Virus record (IMG/VR): IMGVR_UViG_3300036719_004687
Location: 1-55,075 of that record
Strand: one strand, 5' to 3'
From: a virus
Lineage: Duplodnaviria; Caudoviricetes
Length of the DNA: 55,075 bases
Position 1 is the stretch's first letter. Each line of letters begins with the position of its first letter. The position numbers and the translations under genes are program-made. A model generated the notes under the pieces. The model had not been told where the DNA came from, did no database searches, and worked only from the letters and a program-made list of their open reading frames with translations. Below are positions 9,986 through 20,400 of the stretch, piece after piece.

Positions 9986-10935
9986 GTCCTTGTGAGCATA
10001 ATACAACATTTAAAGGTGTTGATAATATTTCTCAAGATTTATTATTAAATATCTTAGAATCTAATTTTAAAATGTATTTTGACTGGGCCTTTTTACATAT
10101 TGGCGCTTGGTTTGATATAGAGTCACCAGATGAAACACTATATGGAACCAATACTCACTATCAATTATTACCAGTTAATGATCCAGCATTTTTAGACGGA
10201 CAAGTATGGCAAGGAATAAGAAAAGACTGGGTATGGGAAACCGGAGTGGATTACAACAGTACTTCTCCTATAGTGATTAATAGTGTAAAGGTTAATAATT
10301 CAGTAATAAATAAAGCTAATAATTTTATTGTGAATTATCCTTTGGGTAGAATCATATTTAATAGCCCCATTTCTATAACTTCTGATGTGAGTCTTGACTA
10401 TAGTTATAGATTTATACAAACACATAGGGCTAGTGATAGCCCATGGTTTAATATCGTTCAGTACAGCTCATTTAATACATCTAATGAGGATATCCAAAGA
10501 ACAGATGATGGTGAGTGGGCTATAGGAGGTAACCATAGAATACAATTGCCAGCCATAGTAATAGAATCACTACCAAGATCCCGCTCAAGACCTTACGAAA
10601 TTGGTAATAGTTTATTATGGCTAGAGCAAGATTTGGCTTTTTATGTATTAGCCGAAAATAAAAATGATAGAAATAAAATTTTAGATATACTTCGATTGCA
10701 ACAAGATATTACATTACAACTATTTGATACTAATATTTTAGCTCAAAACGATAACTATCCATTAGATTATAATGGAGATATTAAAAATGCAGCTTTAATG
10801 TATCCAGATATTATAGAGACATATCCTTGGAGAAAATGTTTAATTAAAAATATTAGCCTTTTTGAAATTGATTCTCCTAATCCTAATTTTCATCAAGGTA
10901 TGGCACGAGCTACTGTGGAAGTAATTTCAACATGA
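9982..10935 (+). CDS. Putative tail terminator-like structural protein
   Basis: Immediately upstream of the tail tube gene; LPAIVIE segment. Confidence 0.4.
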   Translation: MSPCEHNTTFKGVDNISQDLLLNILESNFKMYFDWAFLHIGAWFDIESPDETLYGTNTHYQLLPVNDPAFLDGQVWQGIRKDWVWETGVDYNSTSPIVINSVKVNNSVINKANNFIVNYPLGRIIFNSPISITSDVSLDYSYRFIQTHRASDSPWFNIVQYSSFNTSNEDIQRTDDGEWAIGGNHRIQLPAIVIESLPRSRSRPYEIGNSLLWLEQDLAFYVLAENKNDRNKILDILRLQQDITLQLFDTNILAQNDNYPLDYNGDIKNAALMYPDIIETYPWRKCLIKNISLFEIDSPNPNFHQGMARATVEVIST

Positions 10936-10948
10936 TTTTAATATTTAT

Positions 10949-10954
10949 GTGTAT
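10949..10954 (+). promoter_or_regulatory. GTGTAT putative late promoter motif (tail tube)
   Basis: Intergenic GTGTATCTATA about 70 nt before ATG 11024. Confidence 0.5.
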
Positions 10955-11023
10955 CTATACAGAGAAGAAGAGTATTTAATTCGCTTTCCTCATTACAATA
11001 CAATACTATAGTGGAGATTAATT

Positions 11024-12139
11024 ATGGCCAATAATCGTATTTACTATGCAATTCAACAGGTTGTACTCGGTCAAGCTGCTGGAACACTTAACACAGATAA
11101 GTTACCAGTTCACGGCCTTCAAACTGTTGGTATCACAACCAACTTTAATCTAGAACAAGTATTCGAAATGGGTCAGTTGGCCATTTATCAAAACGTTGAA
11201 AACGTACCCGACGTTGAAGTAACACTAAATAAAGTTCTTGATGGCTATCCTCTTATTTATGTACTAGCTACTGAAAAGGGTTCTAGTGTTGCTACTGGTT
11301 TAACTGCTGTTAATCCCACAATCCCAGGTCGCCAAAATGCTCGTTGTGATATGCAACTTGCTATTTTCAGCGACACCAACGTTAGTTCCAGCGGCAGTTC
11401 ATTTAGTGCTGTAACCTGCTCTGGTATGTATGTTAGTAGTGTTAGCTATACATTCCCAGTTGATGGTAATTTCACAGAAGACGTTACACTTGTTGGTAAC
11501 AATAAGGTTTGGGCTGGTACTCAGACTGGTGCATTTAATGGAAATGATGATGCTCCACTATCAACAACTGGCGTTGGCCGTAGACAGTATCTAAATATGG
11601 GTACTTCTCGCTTCCCAAGTCAAATCCCTGGTATTACAGTTGGTGGTGTAAACGCACTAATCGGTAATGGTAGTGGACACGCTGCACATTTCCAAAATAT
11701 CACAGTAAGCTGTGATTTTGGTCGTGAAGCTATTCAAGAACTTGGCACATTAGCTCCTTACCATCGTTATGTTACATTCCCAGTAGAAGTAACAAGTGAA
11801 TTTGAAGTTGTAGCAGTTAGTGGTGATATGATCAACGCTACAGAAAGTGGTTACTATAGTGGTTTAACTGGTAATACAGTTGCTACACCTAGTGATACTG
11901 GTTGTATTGCTCGTCATAATCTACTTGACCAGACCATCTTCCTTGAAACTTGCGAAGGCACAAGAATTTATCTTGGCACCAAGAATAAGCTTACTAGTGT
12001 TAATTACACTGGTGGTGACACTGGTGGTGGTAATGTTAGTGTAACATATAGTTACTCAACATTCAACGACTTCGTAGTTGCCCATAGTGGTGGTAATTTC
12101 TATAGTCAGTTGGCAAATAGTACCTATACCCCAGCCTAG
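11024..12139 (+). CDS. Major tail tube protein
   Basis: 371 aa, beta-rich and G/T/S-rich, codon usage like the capsid gene, SD GGAG, upstream of chaperones and TMP. Confidence 0.7.
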   Translation: MANNRIYYAIQQVVLGQAAGTLNTDKLPVHGLQTVGITTNFNLEQVFEMGQLAIYQNVENVPDVEVTLNKVLDGYPLIYVLATEKGSSVATGLTAVNPTIPGRQNARCDMQLAIFSDTNVSSSGSSFSAVTCSGMYVSSVSYTFPVDGNFTEDVTLVGNNKVWAGTQTGAFNGNDDAPLSTTGVGRRQYLNMGTSRFPSQIPGITVGGVNALIGNGSGHAAHFQNITVSCDFGREAIQELGTLAPYHRYVTFPVEVTSEFEVVAVSGDMINATESGYYSGLTGNTVATPSDTGCIARHNLLDQTIFLETCEGTRIYLGTKNKLTSVNYTGGDTGGGNVSVTYSYSTFNDFVVAHSGGNFYSQLANSTYTPA

Positions 12140-12156
12140 TAATATTACTAGGTTGG
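12131..12156 (+). other. Hairpin overlapping the tail tube stop codon
   Basis: CCAGCCTAGTAAT/ATTACTAGGTTGG near-perfect inverted repeat with no U-tract; a stability element or weak terminator. Confidence 0.5.
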
Positions 12157-12189
12157 TTACGATCAAGACAATGGATTTTTATAAGGATT

Positions 12190-13242
12190 ATGGACCAAAG
12201 AACGTTAGGGATTTATTTATCTAGGATATTATCTGGTTTTTATATTTTTCTCTGTGGTGGAGAGAAATATAAACTTATTTATCCAGATATGAATATTAAA
12301 TATGAAGCAGAATTATATGCTCAGGAAGAATATGAAAATAATAAATTTAATGATTGGATTCATGACGATACTATTGTTGATACCCTAGTTAGTATGGGGG
12401 TTTGGAATTATAATGGAGATGATAATCTAAAAAATTTAGAAAAACAAATAGAAGATTTAAAAGTAGACTTATATAAAAATGTATTGAATCCTAATAATAT
12501 TAAAACTTTAAGGCGCACACTCAATAATACTAAAGCAGCATATAATAGAGCTTATGAGATAAGACATTCATTAGATCAATATACTCCATCAGGATATAGT
12601 CAAACTCTTAAAAATCAGTATATTTTAATGTATAGTATATATACTAAAAATAATATATTATTATTTAATAATATTGACGATATAGACTTTAATTTATTAA
12701 ATCGTATATCTACTACTGTTGCAGAAAATACTATAGATATTAATATTTTTAGACAACTCGCTAGAAGCGATATATGGAAAAATTATTGGTCTGCAAATAG
12801 TGATAATTTATTTTATAAACCTACAATTGGTTGGACGGATGAGCAAAAAACCTTAGTTGTTTTAACTAAAATGTATGATAGTGCATATCAGCATCCTGAT
12901 TGTCCTCCAGATAAAGTGTTTGAAGACGATGATATGTTTGATGGATGGATGATTTTTCAACGACGGGAAAATGAAAAAACTAAAAATAAAAATAGAACAG
13001 AAAAACTTTTAGAGGGTAAAAAATTAGATAAAGCTGGAGAAATATTTGTAATGGCTAATTCCCAAGAAGAAGCACAAAACATATATGACTTGAACGATCA
13101 TACATCTCGACATATTATAAAGGAAAGACATATAACAATACAAAAAAATACAGAAGCTATTCAAGATTCTAGTTTGCCAGACGTACAAAGACAAATTGTT
13201 GTTCAAACAAATGATCAATTTAAAAATTCTAGGAAAAAATAA
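12190..13242 (+). CDS. Hypothetical protein, possible tail assembly chaperone
   Basis: Between tail tube and TMP; helical; HPDCPPDKVFEDDDMFDGW segment. Confidence 0.4.
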   Translation: MDQRTLGIYLSRILSGFYIFLCGGEKYKLIYPDMNIKYEAELYAQEEYENNKFNDWIHDDTIVDTLVSMGVWNYNGDDNLKNLEKQIEDLKVDLYKNVLNPNNIKTLRRTLNNTKAAYNRAYEIRHSLDQYTPSGYSQTLKNQYILMYSIYTKNNILLFNNIDDIDFNLLNRISTTVAENTIDINIFRQLARSDIWKNYWSANSDNLFYKPTIGWTDEQKTLVVLTKMYDSAYQHPDCPPDKVFEDDDMFDGWMIFQRRENEKTKNKNRTEKLLEGKKLDKAGEIFVMANSQEEAQNIYDLNDHTSRHIIKERHITIQKNTEAIQDSSLPDVQRQIVVQTNDQFKNSRKK

Positions 13243-13244
13243 TT

Positions 13245-13523
13245 ATGGAAAATCAAGAAAAAAATATTTTAACAAAAAGATTTCAAACTACAATGATAGG
13301 TTCTTTATTTGAATTTGAAAAAATGTTTGGATATTTATGGGGACACACTAAAGAAGAAGAGGATCTCACCGATAATGAACTTGAATTTTTAGATAAATGG
13401 GATAGTGTGAGAAATCAAATATTAAACAACGGAAATAACCAATTGCGTAAAGCTATTGCAGACTTAGATAAGGCTAAAGGTAACATTAGATATAATTATT
13501 ATTTTCATAAAAGAGAGGACTAA
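13245..13523 (+). CDS. Hypothetical protein (92 aa)
   Basis: Tightly packed ORF in the tail operon. Confidence 0.55.
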   Translation: MENQEKNILTKRFQTTMIGSLFEFEKMFGYLWGHTKEEEDLTDNELEFLDKWDSVRNQILNNGNNQLRKAIADLDKAKGNIRYNYYFHKRED

Positions 13524-13525
13524 AT

Positions 13526-14404
13526 ATGAAGACTAGAACTTTTAAGGCTTTTGTTGATGGCAAAGAACGAGAAATGTTTGTTCGATCTCCTTCTTTACAG
13601 GATCAGAGAGAGGCTACCAAAGTATATAACCAAGCATTTACAGAAGCTTTAAAGTCTAAGGCTGTGGTTAGAGCTAAATTAGACGATCTATTAGTGGAAC
13701 AGGGTTTATGGGATGGTATCAAACAGGCTAAATTTACAGAATTACAAGCTGAAATTCTTGAAGGTGAACGTAAGTTAGCAAAAGGTGGTATTTCTTTAAC
13801 AGAAGCTAAGAATTTGGCCCTTAAGATGAGAAAAACCAGAGAAGACCTAAGAGAACTTATTTCTGTTAAGACCAATCTAGACACCCACACTGCTGAAGGC
13901 CAGGCAGATAATGCTAGATTTAACTATTTAGTTTCAGCATGTACGGTGTATAATGATACTAAAGAGCAATATTTTAAGAGTTATGAGGAGTACAACAATA
14001 GAGCCACAGACCCTGTTTCTATTCTTGCTGCTCAAAATTTGGCTAATATGCTATATGGTTTGGATAATGATTATGAAGATAAATTGCCAGAAAATAAGTT
14101 TTTAAAGCAATATAAATTTGTTGATGATAAACTAAGATTAATTAATAAAGAAGGTAAATTAGTAGACGAAAATGGTAAACTTATTGATCAGAATGGTAGA
14201 TATATAAATGAAAAAGGAGAATTTGTTGATAAAGATGGTAATTTGGTTGATCAACAAGGAGACTACATTGTAGAATTTAGTCCATTCTTGGACGATGACG
14301 GTAAACCAATTATTGTAGAAGATAAGAAGTCAGAAATTACTGCTACTAAGGAAGAGGAAGTCGATGATTCAATCAAACCAACAGAAGAGACTAAAGCTTC
14401 ATAG
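13526..14404 (+). CDS. Putative tail assembly chaperone with 7-aa beta-hairpin repeats
   Basis: Directly upstream of the TMP, SD GAGG, coiled-coil core and repeated (D/N)xxG units. Confidence 0.5.
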   Translation: MKTRTFKAFVDGKEREMFVRSPSLQDQREATKVYNQAFTEALKSKAVVRAKLDDLLVEQGLWDGIKQAKFTELQAEILEGERKLAKGGISLTEAKNLALKMRKTREDLRELISVKTNLDTHTAEGQADNARFNYLVSACTVYNDTKEQYFKSYEEYNNRATDPVSILAAQNLANMLYGLDNDYEDKLPENKFLKQYKFVDDKLRLINKEGKLVDENGKLIDQNGRYINEKGEFVDKDGNLVDQQGDYIVEFSPFLDDDGKPIIVEDKKSEITATKEEEVDDSIKPTEETKAS

Positions 14405-14438
14405 TAGTATTGCGTTTATTTATTGTAATCTATCAATT

Positions 14439-14479
14439 ATCCTCACACTACCTAGTTGGTACTGTGGGGATTTTTGTTT
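14439..14479 (+). terminator. Terminator/attenuator-like hairpin just upstream of the TMP
   Basis: 14-bp stem ATCCTCACACTACC/GGTACTGTGGGGAT (one mismatch, one G-U) followed by TTTTGTTT. Confidence 0.6.
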
Positions 14480-14497
14480 AATAGGATATAAATAATA

Positions 14498-17400
14498 ATG
14501 GCTAAAGGTTTTAATCTAACAGCACAAATTAATTTGCAGGGACCATCTAATCTTAAACCTATAGTTGCTGACATTAAAAGGCAATTAGGTACAGTATCGT
14601 CTAATGTAAAAATTAATTTAGATGCAAAATCTGCTAAGGCTGTTGATAATGTTACTAGTAGATTACAAGCAATGAACGCTGTATTAGTACAAGCTAAACA
14701 AAATACAGATTCTTTAAGTGCTTCTTTAAGAAATCTCTCGTCATCGTTAGGAACGGTACAATCTGCTGGATCTAAGACGTCTTCTGCTATGAATAATACT
14801 GCTGTAAATGCTAAAAACGTAGCTAAAAATCTAAAAGTTGCCACGACTGAAATGGAAGAATTTGGTAAGCAATCAGCATTAGCTATTAGAAGATTTGCTG
14901 CATTTAGTATTGTGACTAGTGGAATATATGGTTTAATCAACGCTATTAATTCTGGTTTCAAAGCTTTTATTAACTTTGATAAAGAACTTATCAAGCTACA
15001 ACAGGTTACAGGTAAAGGTGCCACTGGTATAGCCCTATTAGAAAAAAGTATAACTAGTTTAGCCACATCTCTTGGTGTTAGTAGTGAGAGTTTAATCTCT
15101 GTTGCTAGTACATTAGCCCAAGCTGGTTTAAGTGCAGAAGATACCAGAATAGCACTAGCAGCATTAGCTAAAACCGAACTTGCTCCATCATTCGATAATT
15201 TAACAGATACAACAGAAGGAGCCATTGCTGCATTGAGACAATTTGAATTACAGGCCGGTGAACTAGAAGGGGCTTTAGGTTCTATCAATGCTGTAGCGGC
15301 TGCGTTTGCTGTTGAATCTAAAGATATAATTTCTGCTATTCAGCGTACTGGTGGTGTGTTTGCCGCTGCTAGTAAAGGAGTTAGTGAAGGAACAGATGCT
15401 CTTAATGAATTCGTCGCTATTTTTACAAGTGTTCGTCAAACTACGCGTGAAAGCGCTGAAACTATTGCTACTGGATTAAGAACTATTTTTACTAGAATAC
15501 AAAGAGCTAGAACTATAGATCAGCTTAAACAATTTGGTGTTGAATTAACAGATTTAGAAGGTAAATTCGTTGGACCATATGAGGCTATTAAAAGACTTAG
15601 TGAAGGATTAAGAGGACTTGATCCACGAGACTTAAGATTTAGTCAAATCGTAGAAGAACTTGGTGGTTTCCGACAGATTGGTAAGGTTATTCCATTAATT
15701 CAACAGTTCGCAGTTGCTCAAGAAGCATTAAAAGTGGCTCAAAAAGGACAGGGTAGTTTAGCAGAAGCTCAAGTTGTGGCACAAAAAAGTTTAGCTAATC
15801 AAATTGCTAAAGTTAGGGAGCAATTTCTGGCCTTAATTAGAGATGTTGGTAAGAGTTCTGCTTTTCAAGGAATGTTTCAAATAGTAACAGGACTAACCAG
15901 CGGTTTAATTAGTTTAGCAGGAGCATTTAAGCCCATATTACCTATATTAGCTATCATGGGAACAGTCAAGGGTATTAAAGCTATAGGTGAATTTGGCAGT
16001 GGGTTTGTTGGAGGTCTTAAAAAGGGTGGTGGTGCTGGTAATGTTGGTTCTAATATCGGTGGCTCGATTAGTGGTGCCAAAGACAAAGAAAAAGCAGACG
16101 CTACCAATAGAGCCTCTAAGGTCATTCAAGATAATACTAATGCTATTCAAACATTAACTAGTGCTATAAATAAATTAACATCAGCAGTTAGTTCTAAAAC
16201 ATCAGGAAGTACCACTCTTAATAGTGGTGGTATTGTAAAATTTGCTACGGGTGGTGTTGTCCCAGGAAGCGGAAATAGAGACACCGTCCCTGCTTTACTT
16301 ACTCCCGGTGAATTTGTTATACGTAAAAAAGCTGTAGAAACTATTGGTGCTGGTAATTTGCATAAAATGAATAAATATGCACTTGGAGGAAAAGTAGAAC
16401 TCAGTGGTCAACAACTAAAAGCCACCTATAAATCATTATCTGATATAGTAAATAATAAAGAAAAATATACAGCAAATGTAGTACCAGTACCTATTGATGA
16501 TATCTCTGTTATCAAAGATATGAAAAAACGTAAGGATAAATATCCTTCTATGCCTCAATGGAAAAATTTTGAAGTGTCTGTAGGTAAAAAATATGGATTG
16601 CCTACCGCTGGTGGGAATAAATTCTTAGATTATCCAAGTAAACCTGGAGAAGCTAAGTTTTTACGTCCAGATCAAGGATATGGTAATGATCCTGAAACTG
16701 GATTTATTAAAGGTAACAATAATGAAACCATGTTGGCTAAACTTATAGGTGCTGGTTTATACCGTCCTAATAGAAAGATTTATACATATTATCCTAAAAG
16801 CTTAAGTAAATTTAATCAATTTGCTATTGGCGGTTTGGTTCAAAAGTTTGCTGGTGGAGGTAAGGCGCTAGGTGCTAGAAGTAAATTTAAAGAACTTACT
16901 TCAGAAGAAATGGATCAACTAAGTACTCAAGAATTAATTCAGTATGGCAAAGATTTAGCACAAGATATTTTTACTACTGGTGGCGCTGGTATGGCAGTTG
17001 GACATGAGTTTATAGAGGTTCCAAAAGAAAAAATTATTCCAGAACTAGACCAATATCTCACATCATATATTGGTAAAAGAGGATTTTGGAAAGAAAAAAT
17101 AGCTCGTTTTGGTCAACCAGCAAAAATTACTAAAAATAATGATGTTTCTAATAGACAAAATGCATTAGAATCTCAAGTTGCTAGACAGTCAGACGAAGTA
17201 GCAGCAAGAGAACAAAACTGGACAGCAATCAAAGCCGGATCTGCTATAGACAATTATTTATTACAATCTTTACAAGATCCAATATTAACAGACTATAAAA
17301 CTGTTAGAGGTAGTGGTTCTTTAGATAAAGCATTTCATAATACCAGACTACGCCAAGCAGTTAATAAAGCTCTTGAGAATTACGATGATTTTGATTACTC

Positions 17401-20400
17401 TGCTGCAAATATAGATAAATTAGTAAGCAGTATGGCTGCTAAAAGATTTATGTATGGTGGACCAGTACAAAAATTTATGGCTGGTGGAGTAGCAGAGTCT
17501 TTATCAGCAGATAGTTTATATGCACAAATACTAGAATTAGGTAATCCACAAGATGTTAGAGGACTTGCTGGAGGCTCTTCTTTTATAGATCAAAAATTAA
17601 AAGCCGTTCAGACTAGCGATAAGCCAGCTACAAGTAAAGAAATCTTTAAAAAGAACTTTTTATTAAGTGATAGAAGTAAACCATACCTATCTACTATACA
17701 AGAATTACTGGAAATTGCTAATTCTAATAAAAAAAGACCAAGGATATTCACAGATGCAGAAAAAGCTAGCGCTACTAAACTAGGATTAGTTGGTATGTTT
17801 CCTTTTGGTGTGGATGAATTGCTATATGAACAAATTGGTGATCGTATTGTAGCAATTCAAATGAAGAGTTTGACACAGGATAAGGCTGGTATTGTTGATC
17901 AAATGAGAAAAGAAATAGATGCAGTTTTAGGTAGAACTACAGCATCTCTCTATGGAACATCTGGCCAGGATCTTAGTACTACTACTAAAGAAGGTTTAGG
18001 TTTAGGTAATCTAGAAGGATATATGATTGAAGCTATTTTAGCAAAAGCTGGAGCTAATCCTGGTAAATTAGACGATAGATCGGTAGACTATGCATCCGGT
18101 TTGGGAAATGCTGCTAGCCTATTCGGAATAGACCCAAATATTCCTACAGAAGTTAAAAGAGATGTTAAGGGAGGACTCAGCAAAGCCAGAGATAATTTTA
18201 AAAACTATTTTGCTAAATTTGCTTTTGGCGGTAAAGCCACTGGTCCATCTTTTGAAGATGTCAGGAAACAAATTCTAGATAAGTATCCACAAATTAATTT
18301 TAGAATTAGTAAAAGAAAACGTGGTTTTGGTTACAATATATTAGGTGGCCTAAAACAAGAAGGAGATAATGTTGGTAATTATGCTGATTTTCAACAAGCT
18401 TCTAATTTAGAACAACTGTCAGCACTAGCTGATAAAATGGCTAATCAATTACAATATGTTTATGGTCCAAATATTGATCCATCTTTATTAAAGAAAAAAC
18501 AGAAAAAGTTTGCTTTAGGCGGATTAGCAGAAGCCACAGGGGAAATGTCTTCTTTAATGAGTGGATTATATGGTAATAGATCTCAAGAGCAAAACTTACC
18601 ACAGAAAAAAGAAAAAGAATTTGGTAAGATTGGTCTTAGATCTGATGGATCAGAAATAACAGCCACCTATTTTAAAAATCAAACACGAGAGGGCTTTGTT
18701 ACTGCTAAAAAAGCTGCTGATAATTTATATACTGTAGGATTATCTAAAGCTACTAAGGGTTATGGTCCTAGATTATATGATGTTGTTATGGAAGCTGCAA
18801 CATCTGCTGGTGGTATGCTTACATCAGATAGAAATAGTGTTAGTGGTGCTGCTCGTGCTGTTTGGGATTATTATTTTAATAATCGAGGAGATGTTAAAAA
18901 GACACCATTAGATCCATCACAATGGACTAAGAATCAAAGTCTTATAGATCCAAAATTATACGGTAAGAAAGAAACATGGCCACCATCAACTGACCCAGCC
19001 TGGATTTTACAAAGTGGATATAGTAAGAACGCTGAATTAATAAATAGTTCAGAAATTATTAATATGAATGATCCAAAATATAAACAATTTTTGGATTCTC
19101 AAAAAGTATCATTCATGACACAAGCTGTGTTGGCTGGTAATATGCGTAATAATGGTGGTAGTATCAAAAAATTTGCTAAGGGAGGATCAGCAGAAGATAC
19201 TGTACCAGCTCTGTTAACTCCTGGTGAATTTGTTATTAATAAAAAAGCTGCTAAACGCATAGGATATAATAAATTACATAAATTAAATAAAGCAGATAAA
19301 CTACAAGGATATAATAAGGGTGGTTCTGTTGGTATGATACAAAAATTTGGTGCTGGAGGTTCACCACAACCTTGGCCCAAAGATTTAATGAAATATACCA
19401 CAGAGAATAAACTAGCATTAGCGGCAGAACAAGCAGAGTTTTTTGCATATAAAGCCAAAGAGGCTGGTCAAACAGTTAGTCAATTTAGTAAAACATTAGC
19501 AACTAAAGTTGTTTCAAGAGCTAGGGATTTACAGACTAATTTAAAAAATAAACAAACAGGACTAAAATATAGTGTCTTAGGTCAGGCTGATGAATTAAAG
19601 GGTAGTAATAATAAAGATATTCTTAAAAAAGCAGTAGAAGATTTTAGTAATCAGATTCAAGAAATAGATCCTTCTAAATCTGCTGATGAAGTTAAGAAAA
19701 CAGCACAGGCTATAGTAAGAGGATTAAGAGATGGATTATCTTTAGATGCTATTAAAAAGAAAAGTCAAGATGTAGCGGATGTATTTTCTAAAGTATATAA
19801 AGAAGGAGAAGCTACTCAAGAAGCATTGAAGTTAGTAGCTAAAGAAGCTGGAATGAGTTCTGAAGCGCTTCAAAGAGGAGTAGGATCTAATAGAATTCGT
19901 CAAGAACAATTTATTCAGAGTGATGCTGGCCAAAATTTTGGTCGTTTAGCACAGTTAATTCCTGATAAACTAGAAAAATTATCTAAAACTGGTTTTGGTA
20001 AGGGATTTACTGGTTTGGCTAATGCTTTGAGTGGTAAAGGACTATCCGAAAAACTAGAAAAAAGTTTTGGTAAAGTTGGTGGTTTTATTGGAGATAAATT
20101 AGATGCTATAGGAGGCCCACTAGTAGCGCTCGGATCTGCTACAGCAATACTAGGTGAAAAATTACCTTCTCTATTAGGTAGTCAGTATGCGACTAGTACT
20201 ACTGCTGCTGGTGTGGCTGGAGGTATTGGTGGTGCTGGTCAAGGTTTAGCTAGTGGTGCTTTGTTGGGTATGCAAATAGCTGGTCCTGTAGGAGCAATGA
20301 TTGCTGGTATTACTGGAGCTGTTGTTGGTGGTATAAGCGGAGCCTTTGAGGCATTTAATCAAAAGAAATTAGAAAATAATCTTAAGGCTTTAGAAAAAAC

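Noticed and set aside
13225-13530. Programmed -1 frameshift between the tail chaperone genes
   Set aside because: Consecutive ORFs are in the -1 frame, but no canonical X XXY YYZ heptamer lies in the short open windows (only G AAA AAA at 13233). Stop plus 2 nt plus ATG spacing also occurs elsewhere (6592/6595).
13946-13951. Additional GTGTAT copies at 13946 and 7786
   Set aside because: They lie deep inside coding regions with no nearby SD and start, so they are likely chance, though 13946 (GGTGTATAAT) cannot be excluded.
14452-15288. 278-aa antisense ORF and the many other short antisense or alternate-frame ORFs in the track
   Set aside because: They are shadows of long, well-supported genes, with no motifs or ribosome-binding sites.
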